From positions 15,636 through 79,635 of the forward strand of contig CACLRL010000001.1 of NCBI GenBank assembly GCA_902609285.1: DNA of 64,000 nucleotides, written 5' to 3'. Made by a program: the position numbers and the translations under genes. Origin of the DNA: an uncultured Candidatus Actinomarina sp. Lineage in GTDB: Bacteria; Actinomycetota; Acidimicrobiia; Actinomarinales; Actinomarinaceae. Positions 1 to 8,112 of the stretch are shown one piece after another. The notes under the pieces are model-generated. The model saw only the letters and a program-made list of their open reading frames with translations. It was not told where the DNA came from and searched no databases. Each line of letters starts with the position of its first letter. The stretch's first letter is position 1.

Positions 1-1
1 T

Positions 2-415
2 TTAAGAATTTTTAGTAGATTTTTTGGAATTAAGGACCCACAAAAATTTATCATTGAAAACCAAAAAAATTTATTAAAAAACATACGGTCAAGAAAATTT
101 AATGAAGTGTTGATGGATTTTGGATCAAAGATTTGTAAATCAAAAAATCCTTCATGCAGTTTATGTATGTTCGATAATGAATGTAAAAAATTTATTCAAG
201 TTGAACAAACTCGCCAACAAGAATTTAAGGGTTCAAATAGAGAAATTAGAGGAAAAATAATTAAGCATCTTATAGAAAATAACAATGTTGAAATGTCTTC
301 CTTGAAAATGGTAATTAAAACTGAAGATAATAGGCTAAAACATATTTTAAAAAAACTTGAAAGTGAAGGAATGATCACAATAAAGAATAAAAAATTAATT
401 GAAATTAGTAGTTGA
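2..415 (+). CDS. HhH-GPD / [4Fe-4S] base-excision DNA glycosylase (MutY/Nth family), 5'-truncated by window edge
   Basis: Frame 2 is open from the window start. It has a C-x6-C-x2-C-x5-C cluster loop (CKSKNPSCSLCMFDNEC) typical of EndoIII/MutY. The short C-terminal tail looks like a winged helix, not the MutY NUDIX-like domain. Confidence 0.6.
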   Translation, partial: LRIFSRFFGIKDPQKFIIENQKNLLKNIRSRKFNEVLMDFGSKICKSKNPSCSLCMFDNECKKFIQVEQTRQQEFKGSNREIRGKIIKHLIENNNVEMSSLKMVIKTEDNRLKHILKKLESEGMITIKNKKLIEISS

Positions 416-433
416 GAATACTATTTTTTAATT

Positions 434-694
434 ATGCCTGTCTCTAAAAAAAGAAATAAAAGAAAAAATCTTGGACCTACAAAGTCAAAAAAAATTTCTT
501 CTCAGATGTCTGATGTAAGTGGGCCATCACCTAGATGGTTTGTGCTCACAATGTCTTCACTCATGATTATCGGTGTTTTATTAATCGTCTTAAATTATTT
601 AACATTATTACCTGGATCTGTTTCAAGATGGTATTTATGGAGTGGATTGGGATGCATTGGTATAGGCTTTTTAATGACTACAAAATATAATTAG
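434..694 (+). CDS. crgA: cell division membrane protein CrgA
   Basis: 86 aa with a basic N-terminus, then PRWFVLTM and two TM helices. This is the characteristic actinobacterial CrgA layout and matches the locus synteny. Confidence 0.7.
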   Translation: MPVSKKRNKRKNLGPTKSKKISSQMSDVSGPSPRWFVLTMSSLMIIGVLLIVLNYLTLLPGSVSRWYLWSGLGCIGIGFLMTTKYN

Positions 695-710
695 CCAAAT
701 CAAAAAAAAT

Positions 711-947
711 TTAATACTCTATTGGAGTCATTTCTTCTTTGCAGTGCTTAGGTGGCTCATTAGCAACTACAGATTGTAATTTAACTGTTAATTCTGTTCC
801 GCAAGCTTTACATAAAAATGATTGTGCTGTTTCTAAAACATCACTCGGATCAATCTCTGGTGGGACACTTGCTAGTGAGCCAATGGAATTTTTCAAAAAT
901 CTAAATATAACAACTCCAATTAGGAAAGCTATTAAATATTCCATCAA
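711..947 (-). CDS. hypothetical small membrane-anchored protein with CxxC...HC motif
   Basis: 78-aa ORF with an N-terminal TM helix and CKAC / KHC cysteines. It overlaps the upstream ORF by 4 nt. Confidence 0.4.
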   Translation of the reverse strand: MMEYLIAFLIGVVIFRFLKNSIGSLASVPPEIDPSDVLETAQSFLCKACGTELTVKLQSVVANEPPKHCKEEMTPIEY

Positions 948-1129
948 GTTGTAATATATCTATAAACAGAGAGAATGACAGCAATAATAATCCAAGCTAT
1001 AGCCACTCCTCTTGGATTAGTTTTTAAGTAAGATTCTCTATATTTTTTTTCTTCAAGAACTTCATCAATAGATTCTTTGAGTTCTCTTAATTCACTCTCA
1101 GACAAATTTTCAAAGTCTTTTTTATCCAT
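944..1129 (-). CDS. hypothetical small tail-anchored protein
   Basis: 61-aa ORF with an acidic helical N-terminus and a C-terminal TM helix. It is coupled to 711..947. Confidence 0.4.
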   Translation of the reverse strand: MDKKDFENLSESELRELKESIDEVLEEKKYRESYLKTNPRGVAIAWIIIAVILSVYRYITT

Positions 1130-1149
1130 ATTATAAGATTACCTCGTTG

Positions 1150-1222
1150 TGGAGATGATGGGACTTGAACCCACGACCCCCTGCTTGCAAAGCAGGTGCT
1201 CTTCCAGCTGAGCTACATCCCC
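1150..1222 (-). tRNA. tRNA-Ala (anticodon UGC)
   Basis: The reverse complement reads GGGGATGTAGCTCAGCTGGAAGAGCACCTGCTTTGCAAGCAGGGGGTCGTGGGTTCAAGTCCCATCATCTCCA. The cloverleaf has a G3:U70 identity pair and anticodon loop TTTGCAA. CCA is not encoded. Confidence 0.9.
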
Positions 1223-1311
1223 TCGCAATTTATATTATGCCTTGAATTTACTCGTAAATGAAAAAATTTTAGAAATATTTCATATTCATTACTATTGTAG
1301 GTAGAGCAAAA

Positions 1312-1389
1312 GGGCCTATAGCTCAGCCTGGTTAGAGCGCATCCCTGATAAGGATGAGGTCGTTAGTTCAAATCTAACTAGGCCCACCA
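1312..1389 (+). tRNA. tRNA-Ile (anticodon GAU), CCA encoded
   Basis: GGGCCTATAGCTCAGCCTGGTTAGAGCGCATCCCTGATAAGGATGAGGTCGTTAGTTCAAATCTAACTAGGCCCACCA. The anticodon loop is CTGATAA and the acceptor stem GGGCCTA/TAGGCCC is perfect. Confidence 0.9.
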
Positions 1390-1572
1390 GTGAGTTGTAA
1401 AAAATGTATCACTAATGAAGTCTGGGAAAAAGCTCTTCCATCTGACCTTTTAAAAAAGTGTGGAAACTGTGGTGAGATTGGCTTTCCTCTGACAAATTTA
1501 TTGAAAGCTTCAGGAGCTTTTAGTGTTTTTATTTATATTATTTCATTCTTTTTTTCTTTGTTATCAAATTAA
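1390..1572 (+). CDS. hypothetical zinc-ribbon (CxxC...CxxC) protein with C-terminal TM helix
   Basis: GTG start directly after the tRNA CCA. It has CKKC...CGNC pairs and a hydrophobic tail. There is no obvious SD, so it may be spurious. Confidence 0.3.
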   Translation: MSCKKCITNEVWEKALPSDLLKKCGNCGEIGFPLTNLLKASGAFSVFIYIISFFFSLLSN

Positions 1573-1586
1573 AAAAAGCATTTAAA
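1569..1586 (+). repeat. 18-nt motif TTAAAAAAAGCATTTAAA, copy 1 (identical copy at 13938..13955)
   Basis: Exact 18-nt identity between two intergenic regions. Both copies are followed by TAATTCC and AGTACGTA and then by hairpins. Confidence 0.6.
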
Positions 1587-1646
1587 TTTACCTGGAATTA
1601 AGAGCCTGGTATATCCACTACCACAAGCCCTTAATTCCAGTACGTA

Positions 1647-1681
1647 CTCAGATAAAAGGGAGACCAATTATCTGAGTTTTT
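1647..1681 (+). terminator. hairpin + T-run (possible intrinsic terminator / 3' end of a small RNA)
   Basis: CTCAGATAA-(12 nt)-TTATCTGAG followed by TTTTT. It is preceded by an 11-bp hairpin CTGGAATTAAG...CTTAATTCCAG (1592..1640). Confidence 0.4.
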
Positions 1682-1715
1682 ATAATCTAAAGTCAAGGGG
1701 ATAACTTTTAATTAT

Positions 1716-1740
1716 AAAAAAATCCGGGATAAACCCGGAT
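1716..1740 (-). terminator. intrinsic terminator downstream of ogt
   Basis: The minus strand reads ATCCGGGTTTATCCCGGAT followed by TTTTTTT. It lies about 110 nt after the ogt stop. Confidence 0.5.
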
Positions 1741-1853
1741 CTAAACAATACAAAAAAGACCCGGCTAAATAGCTGACCACCCTTTATGATGTATGTTTAT
1801 AAAATTCATTGTTTCTATATTAACTCATACGTAATATAGGAAAGTAAATAATG

Positions 1854-2135
1854 TTAAAACTTTGTTTCGTTGTTTTCATTTTTTAGGAGTATTCTTTTTT
1901 TAGGTAAGCCACCAGGTCCGCTGTAGCCCCCTAGTTTTCCATTTGAGCAAATGACTCTATGACATGGAATAATGATTGGGTAAGGATTTTTACCACAAGC
2001 ATTTGCAACTGCTCTTGATGAGTTGGGACGACCAATCTTTATTGCTATATCTTTGTAGGTTGTAGTTTTCCCAAAGGGAATATTAGATATTTCGTTCCAA
2101 ACAAGCTTCTCAAAATTAGTTCCTATTATCTCCAC
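1854..2135 (-). CDS. ogt: methylated-DNA--protein-cysteine methyltransferase (C-terminal DNA-binding/active-site domain only)
   Basis: It has the PCHRV active-site motif (IIIPCHRVICSNGKLGGY). At 93 aa it corresponds to the MGMT C-terminal domain. Confidence 0.8.
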   Translation of the reverse strand: MEIIGTNFEKLVWNEISNIPFGKTTTYKDIAIKIGRPNSSRAVANACGKNPYPIIIPCHRVICSNGKLGGYSGPGGLPKKRILLKNENNETKF

Positions 2136-2201
2136 TTAAAAAGTATAAGACATCACAATTATTGATAGTTACAAACTACATATAATATTTATTTTATATA
2201 T

Positions 2202-3950
2202 ATGAATAAACACTCAACTCAGATTTCAAATGTTTTAATTATTGGTAGTGGAGGCGCTGGTCTCAGAGCAGCAATTGAAGCTAAACAAGAAGGAATGGAT
2301 GTTACTGTACTTGGCAAAAGACAAAGAACTGATGTTCATACGGTCCTTGCTGCTGGGGGTATAAATGCTGCATTTGGAAATGTTGATCAAGAAGATTCTT
2401 GGGAACAACATTTTGCTGATACATATATTGAAGGCTATGGACTATCAGAGCCAGAGGTTGTTGAGCTTATGGCTAAAGAATCTCCACAGCTTGTTGAAGA
2501 AATTGATAATTGGGGTGCCAATTTTGCAAAACTTGATAATGGCAAAATTGACCAAAGGTTTTTTGGTGCTCACACATACAGAAGAACTTGTTACTCAGGA
2601 GACTATACAGGAAGATCGATACTTTTTGCATTAATAAATAAAGCAAAAAACCTTGATATACCAATTTTAGATTCTCAATATGTTTCTGATCTATTGGTTG
2701 ATGACAATGTATGTTTTGGTGCAATGGCATTTGATATTCAAAGCGGCGAAAGAACCGTTTACTTAGCAGATTCTGTCATTGTTGCTGCAGGAGGTCACAC
2801 GAGATTATGGAGAAAAAGCTCATCAAGGAGGAATGAAAATACAGGTGATGGATTTTACTTAGGTTTAAAAGCTGGTTGTAAGTTAAGTGATATGGAAATG
2901 GTTCAATTTCACCCAACTGGAATGGTTATACCAGAAGAGATGGCAGGAACTTTAGTAACTGAAGCTGTTCGAGGTGAGGGTGGAAAGCTAATTAACAGTG
3001 ACGGTGATAGATTCATGGAAAATTACGATAAAGAAAGAATGGAATTATCAACCCGAGACAGAGTTGCAATGGCTAATTATACAGAAATTGTTGAAGGAAG
3101 AGGATCTCCAAATGGAGGTGTTTATCTTGACATTAGTCATAAGAGTAAAGATTTTATCATTGAAAAACTTCCAAGAATGTACAGACAATTTCTAGATACA
3201 TTAATGATTGATATCTCAAAAAGTCCAATGGAAGTTTCACCTACAGCACATTATTCAATGGGAGGTATCGTTGTTACCCCGGATGATCATTGGACAGGAG
3301 TTGAAGGGCTGTATGCTGCTGGAGAAGTCACAGCAGGACTACACGGTGCAAATAGACTTGGGGGGAATTCACTAGCTGAAATTCTCATTTTTGGAAAAAG
3401 AGCTGGGGCTGCAGCAACAAAACGATCAAAAGAAATTGAGGTTCAAGTTAGGTCTAAAAACGCAATAGAGCAAGCACATGAAAACCTTAATTCATTGATA
3501 AGAAACGGATCTGAAGTTGCAAGACCTCTTCAAAGATCTTTAAGAAATATTATGTGGGAATATGGTGGTGTTGTTAAGAATGAAAAAAAATTAATTAAAG
3601 GTTTGTCTGAAATAGATAATCTTAAAGAAGCATCTAAAAATCTTGATGTACGTCCTGATTCTGAAGGATATCAAGATTTAATGCTTGCGTTGGATTTAGA
3701 GGCCTCTCTTATCTCTTCTGAAGCTACATTGATGAGCGCATTAAGTAGAAAAGAGAGTAGAGGTGCACACCAAAGAGAAGATTTTATTGATTTAAGTGAA
3801 GACGAGAATGTGAATGTCAGAATAGAGCTTGAAGAAGACAAAAAAATAAAATTAACAAAAGATCCTATACCAACTTTAAGAAAAGAGTTAGAAAATATCA
3901 TTAAAAAAACAAATGAAATTAGTAACTTTGAAGGAATGCTGCTCGAGTAA
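2202..3950 (+). CDS. succinate dehydrogenase/fumarate reductase flavoprotein-family FAD oxidoreductase (no Fe-S or membrane subunits adjacent)
   Basis: GSGGAGLRAA dinucleotide fold, VHTVLAAGGINAA (His at the covalent-FAD position), FHPTG, RGEGG, HYSMGG and ESRGAHQRED motifs. Confidence 0.75.
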   Translation: MNKHSTQISNVLIIGSGGAGLRAAIEAKQEGMDVTVLGKRQRTDVHTVLAAGGINAAFGNVDQEDSWEQHFADTYIEGYGLSEPEVVELMAKESPQLVEEIDNWGANFAKLDNGKIDQRFFGAHTYRRTCYSGDYTGRSILFALINKAKNLDIPILDSQYVSDLLVDDNVCFGAMAFDIQSGERTVYLADSVIVAAGGHTRLWRKSSSRRNENTGDGFYLGLKAGCKLSDMEMVQFHPTGMVIPEEMAGTLVTEAVRGEGGKLINSDGDRFMENYDKERMELSTRDRVAMANYTEIVEGRGSPNGGVYLDISHKSKDFIIEKLPRMYRQFLDTLMIDISKSPMEVSPTAHYSMGGIVVTPDDHWTGVEGLYAAGEVTAGLHGANRLGGNSLAEILIFGKRAGAAATKRSKEIEVQVRSKNAIEQAHENLNSLIRNGSEVARPLQRSLRNIMWEYGGVVKNEKKLIKGLSEIDNLKEASKNLDVRPDSEGYQDLMLALDLEASLISSEATLMSALSRKESRGAHQREDFIDLSEDENVNVRIELEEDKKIKLTKDPIPTLRKELENIIKKTNEISNFEGMLLE

Positions 3951-5735
3951 TTAAATGTTTGATGACTTAATTTTAAATAAGTCCTCACTTCCTGATTTAA
4001 TAGATGTTAAGTATCCGCTTGTTAAAGGAAGTAGCTGTTCGATATAGAACTTTGAAAGAATTAGCTTATCTGAATAAAATTCATCATTATTTTCCTTTGT
4101 TTTTTTGTTCGCAATCAGTGCTGCTTTGCCCATATAATATCCTCCTAAAACCTGACCAAAAATTTTAAGATACGGTGTCGCAGCTCCACTTGCTTCAGAT
4201 AATTCACCATTATTTAATATAGAAAGCATGTGTTCTGTGGCTTCCTTTAGGTCATCAATGTGTTTCTTTAGAATCTGACCAAGATTACTTAAGTTATCTT
4301 CATTTTTTAATTCTTTAGAAACTTCATACATATCATCAAAAAGCTTATAGGTTGGTTTACCCTTGTCTAAAGTAATTTTTCTAAATATTAAATCTATAGC
4401 TTGAATCCCGTTTGTTCCTGCATAAATTGGAGCTATTCTTGCGTCCCTGAAGTATTGTGCAATACCTGTTTCTTCAACGTATCCCATACCACCATAAACC
4501 TGTATAGCTATCGAAGTAAGTTCAACACTTAAATCTGAGATCCAAGCTTTAGATATAGGTGTTACTATCCCACATCTTTCTTCTCCAAATTCTTTAAGCT
4601 CCCCTTCACCAAAATATGAAAGATCGAGCATCATTTGATTGTCATACATCATATACCTCATGGCATCAGAGTATGATTTAATTGTCATAAGCATTCTTCT
4701 AACATCGGCATGGTCAATAATTGTAGACTTTTTAGCATCTTCTTTTGACATCCCAACCGGTCTACCTTGAGATCTATCCCTTGCATATTGAGCGGCACCT
4801 TGGAAGGCTCCTATTGTGCATGCTAAACCATGTCCTCCAGCTCGAATTCTGGCTTCATTAATTGTTGTAAACATATAATAAAGACCTCGATTTTCTTCTC
4901 CGACTAAATAACCTTGGGATTCTTTATACTCCATTACACATGTGGGGCTACCATGTATACCTAATTTTTCTTCTATTGAAATACAATTTACATTATTTTT
5001 ATCTCCCAAGGAATCATCATTATTTATCAAAATCTTTGGGACTATAAACATTGATATGCCTTTTGAACCTTCTGGAGCTCCCGGAATTCTCGCAAGTACT
5101 AGGTGGATAATATTTTCAGATAAGTTATGTTCACCTGAGCCAATCCATATTTTTGTTCCTGTCAGTTTGTAACTTCCATCTTCTTGGGGTTCTGCTTTGG
5201 TAGTTATGTTATTTAAGTCAGATCCTGATTGGGGTTCGCTTAGGTTCATAGTCCCTGTCCACTCTCCAGATACCAACTTTGGAAGGAACTTAGTCTTCTG
5301 ATCCTCACTAGCATTAAAATTTATACCTGAAATTGCACCTATGCTTAGTCCAGGACCAAGGACAAAAGACATATTAGCTGCACATAATATTTCTAAAGTT
5401 CCACCTGAAAGTGTATATGGCATGCCTCCACCACCTATTTCGTTTGGTAGAGACATTGAAGCCCATCCTGCTTTAGTAAATTTTTCATATGCTTCTTTAA
5501 ATCCAGGTGGCATAATAACTTCACCGTCATTAAATGTTGCACCGTGAGTATCTCCAATAGAATTTATTGGCGCTAGTACCTCTTCCGCAAATTTAGCACA
5601 CTCCTCTATTGCTGGCACTGCGACATCTGGCCCAAATTCGCTAAACCGATTTATTTTTTGTAATGTTTCATAAGAATTTAGAACTTCAAAAGCGAAGATG
5701 ACATCTTTAACAGGAGCTTTATAATTAACTGCCAT
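3951..5735 (-). CDS. long-form acyl-CoA dehydrogenase (about 600 aa class)
   Basis: ACAD N/M/C-domain signatures (LSEPQSGSDL, YGGMGYVEE, RDARIAPIYAGTNGIQ) plus the C-terminal extension typical of FadE-like long ACADs. Confidence 0.85.
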   Translation of the reverse strand: MAVNYKAPVKDVIFAFEVLNSYETLQKINRFSEFGPDVAVPAIEECAKFAEEVLAPINSIGDTHGATFNDGEVIMPPGFKEAYEKFTKAGWASMSLPNEIGGGGMPYTLSGGTLEILCAANMSFVLGPGLSIGAISGINFNASEDQKTKFLPKLVSGEWTGTMNLSEPQSGSDLNNITTKAEPQEDGSYKLTGTKIWIGSGEHNLSENIIHLVLARIPGAPEGSKGISMFIVPKILINNDDSLGDKNNVNCISIEEKLGIHGSPTCVMEYKESQGYLVGEENRGLYYMFTTINEARIRAGGHGLACTIGAFQGAAQYARDRSQGRPVGMSKEDAKKSTIIDHADVRRMLMTIKSYSDAMRYMMYDNQMMLDLSYFGEGELKEFGEERCGIVTPISKAWISDLSVELTSIAIQVYGGMGYVEETGIAQYFRDARIAPIYAGTNGIQAIDLIFRKITLDKGKPTYKLFDDMYEVSKELKNEDNLSNLGQILKKHIDDLKEATEHMLSILNNGELSEASGAATPYLKIFGQVLGGYYMGKAALIANKKTKENNDEFYSDKLILSKFYIEQLLPLTSGYLTSIKSGSEDLFKIKSSNI

Positions 5736-5778
5736 ATTTTAATAATAAAGCTCAGATGGTATAGCCAGAATTCATTGC

Positions 5779-6611
5779 TTAATTGTTTAATAGGTTTAAA
5801 AAAATTTCTGGCATTGCTGAGGCCCATGATGTTTCATTATGTAAGCCATTATCATCAACGAAAAATTTTATACTTTTTTTATATAATTCAAATGAATCAT
5901 TTATATTTTTTACTCCTGAAAAATAAAAATTATCATTGTTGGAAAAGTCGACATCCCAATTGTTTGGGAAAATGTTATTTACATGATCTCCAAAAATATG
6001 TCCTTCTTTCATTCCTGTATAAAGGTACGTCATTGTATTATTACTAAGTTTTTCAATATCATTTAATATCCTTGGATATCCAAACCAAAATGCAGGAGAT
6101 AAAGAGATTATATTTTCGAACTCAGGATAAAGTATAGATGTTTTAATCGACATTAAACCGCCCATTGATGCTCCCGCAACAATAAATTTAGTTTGATCAA
6201 AATTTATGCCTAAAAAATTTTTTACTGATGGTATAAATTTAAGACAATATTTTCAATATGATCTTCGGCAAAATTTTTATCTCCCTCTGTAGGATAAGGA
6301 TTGTACTGAAGTTGTCTTTTAGAGTTTGATGTAACACTAATTATCAAAAAATTTTTTTTAACTTGATCTTCAAAGCTATTTATTAAACTTTCTAAATCAA
6401 AAATTGTACCAAAGTGACTGGTTGAAGAATCAAAAAGATTCTGCCCATCGTAACAGAGAATCAAATTATCTATTTTGGTAAGATCTTTAGGTATTCTAAA
6501 AATAATTTGATTAGTATCTTTAATTTCTTCATCAAAAATTTCGTTGCTTTTATATAGATTATTAAAAATTTTGTTTTTTGAATATTTTGTAAAATTTATA
6601 CCGTCAATCAT
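5779..6611 (-). pseudogene. frameshifted 'putative esterase' family alpha/beta hydrolase
   Basis: ORFs 6222..6611 and 5779..6165 are two halves of one esterase. The second frame is open upstream to 6252 and encodes ...PSVKNFLGINFDQTKFIVAGASMGG (GxSxG nucleophile elbow). The frame change must lie in 6225..6252. Confidence 0.6.
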
Positions 6612-6721
6612 CCTTAATTATCATTCTATTAAATAAAAGGTAAGTAATAATTTAAAATATCAAAGAAATAAATAGAAAGTTTTAGTTCATTTTATGAGAT
6701 TTGATATAATAATGAAAGCAT

Positions 6722-6815
6722 AAAGAGAAGGTTAAGACCTCGGCAACCTGGATGACTATCCAAGGTGCCTAAAGATGTGGCAGAAATGCAACTAATTAGT
6801 CAAAGCCCTTCTCCA
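6722..6815 (+). promoter_or_regulatory. SAM riboswitch of the SAM-I clan (SAM-IV or SAM-I/IV-like), 5' leader of metY-metX
   Basis: P1 GAGAAGG (6725..6731) pairs with CCTTCTC (6807..6813). The core is CGGCAACC-[CTGGA TGACTA TCCAA]-GGTGCC. An extended -10 TGATATAAT lies at 6702..6710, and the location upstream of Met biosynthesis genes fits. Confidence 0.55.
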
Positions 6816-6831
6816 AAAAAAGGAGAAAATT

Positions 6832-8112
6832 ATGAAGTTTGATTCAAAACTTATACATGCAGGTTGGGATTCAGATGCTGATTCTGAGGGATCAATAACT
6901 GTTCCTATTTATAAAACAACTGCATATCAATTTAATGACACGGAACATGCGGCTAGCTTGTTTGCCTTAAAAGAGTTTGGAAACATTTACTCTCGACTCG
7001 GCAATCCAACAGTTGGTGCTCTAGAAGCAAGGCTTACGGCTCTAGAAGATGGCGCTATGTCTGTTGCTCTATCGTCGGGTACATCTGCAGTTATGTACTC
7101 ACTTATAAATATTATGAGTCAAGGGGATAATTTTGTTACAGCAAACCAACTTTATGGTGGTACTTATACAATGTTCGATAATATATTGCCTGAATATGGT
7201 ATCGACTCTAAAAAAGTTGATATTACAGATCTAACTGCTGTTGAAAATGCAATTGATGAGAAAACTCGAGCAATATATTGTGAAACAATTACTAATCCCG
7301 GGTTAGTTGTCGCTGACATTTCTGCATTAGGAGAAATTGCTAAATCTAAAGGTATACCTTTAATAGTTGATGCTACTTTTACTACAGCAGCAATTTGTAA
7401 ACCTTTTGATTTTGGAGCAGATATTGTAGTTTATTCTCTTACAAAATGGATGTCTGGACATGGAAGGGTAATTGCCGGAGCAGTTATTGAAAAAGGTGGT
7501 TTTGACTGGGGTAATGGAAATTTCCCATTATATGACAAGCCTGATACCAGTTATGGCGGAATGAGATGGGGACATGATTTAGGTGACTTAAGTAATGTAG
7601 CTTACTCATTAAGGCTAAGAACAGTTCCACTAAGAAACCTTGGTGCAAGTATGTCTCCAGAGACAGCTTTTGAAGTTATGAGTGGACTTGAGACTTTAAG
7701 TCTGAGAATGGATCGGCATTGTGAAAATGCTATAAAAGCCGCGGAATATCTATCAAACCATGAACTTGTTGAATGGGTAAGGTTTCCCGGACTCAAAGAT
7801 GATCCTGCTTATGACCTATCAGAAAAGTACCTAAAAGGTACTGGTGGAACAATGGTTGTTTTTGGTATCAAAGGTGGAAAAGATTCTGGACAGAAATTTA
7901 TAGATAATTTAAAAATGTTTAGACATGTTGCAAATGTTGGAGATACTAGATCTTTAGCAATTCACCCTGCATCCACAACACATTCACAATTAGATGATGA
8001 GCAGTTAATAGCCGCAGGTTCTCCTGCAGAGTTAGTAAGGCTTTCAATTGGTATTGAAGACATAGATGATATCATAGAAGATCTATCTCAAGCTCTTGAA
8101 AGTACAAAATAA
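6832..8112 (+). CDS. metY: O-acetylhomoserine aminocarboxypropyltransferase (sulfhydrylase), PLP-dependent
   Basis: Cys/Met-metabolism PLP fold with SLTKWMSGHG (PLP lysine). It is 426 aa with the SD AAAGGAG. Confidence 0.85.
   Translation: MKFDSKLIHAGWDSDADSEGSITVPIYKTTAYQFNDTEHAASLFALKEFGNIYSRLGNPTVGALEARLTALEDGAMSVALSSGTSAVMYSLINIMSQGDNFVTANQLYGGTYTMFDNILPEYGIDSKKVDITDLTAVENAIDEKTRAIYCETITNPGLVVADISALGEIAKSKGIPLIVDATFTTAAICKPFDFGADIVVYSLTKWMSGHGRVIAGAVIEKGGFDWGNGNFPLYDKPDTSYGGMRWGHDLGDLSNVAYSLRLRTVPLRNLGASMSPETAFEVMSGLETLSLRMDRHCENAIKAAEYLSNHELVEWVRFPGLKDDPAYDLSEKYLKGTGGTMVVFGIKGGKDSGQKFIDNLKMFRHVANVGDTRSLAIHPASTTHSQLDDEQLIAAGSPAELVRLSIGIEDIDDIIEDLSQALESTK

Noticed and set aside
1573-1853. 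Checked this 280-nt gap for SRP RNA, 6S RNA, tmRNA or RNase P RNA.
   Set aside because: None of the conserved cores I know is present, such as the SRP GGAA/AGCA motifs, the tmRNA tag ORF with tRNA-like end, or the RNase P GGAA..ACA core. Only generic hairpins were found, and these are reported as uncertain elements instead.
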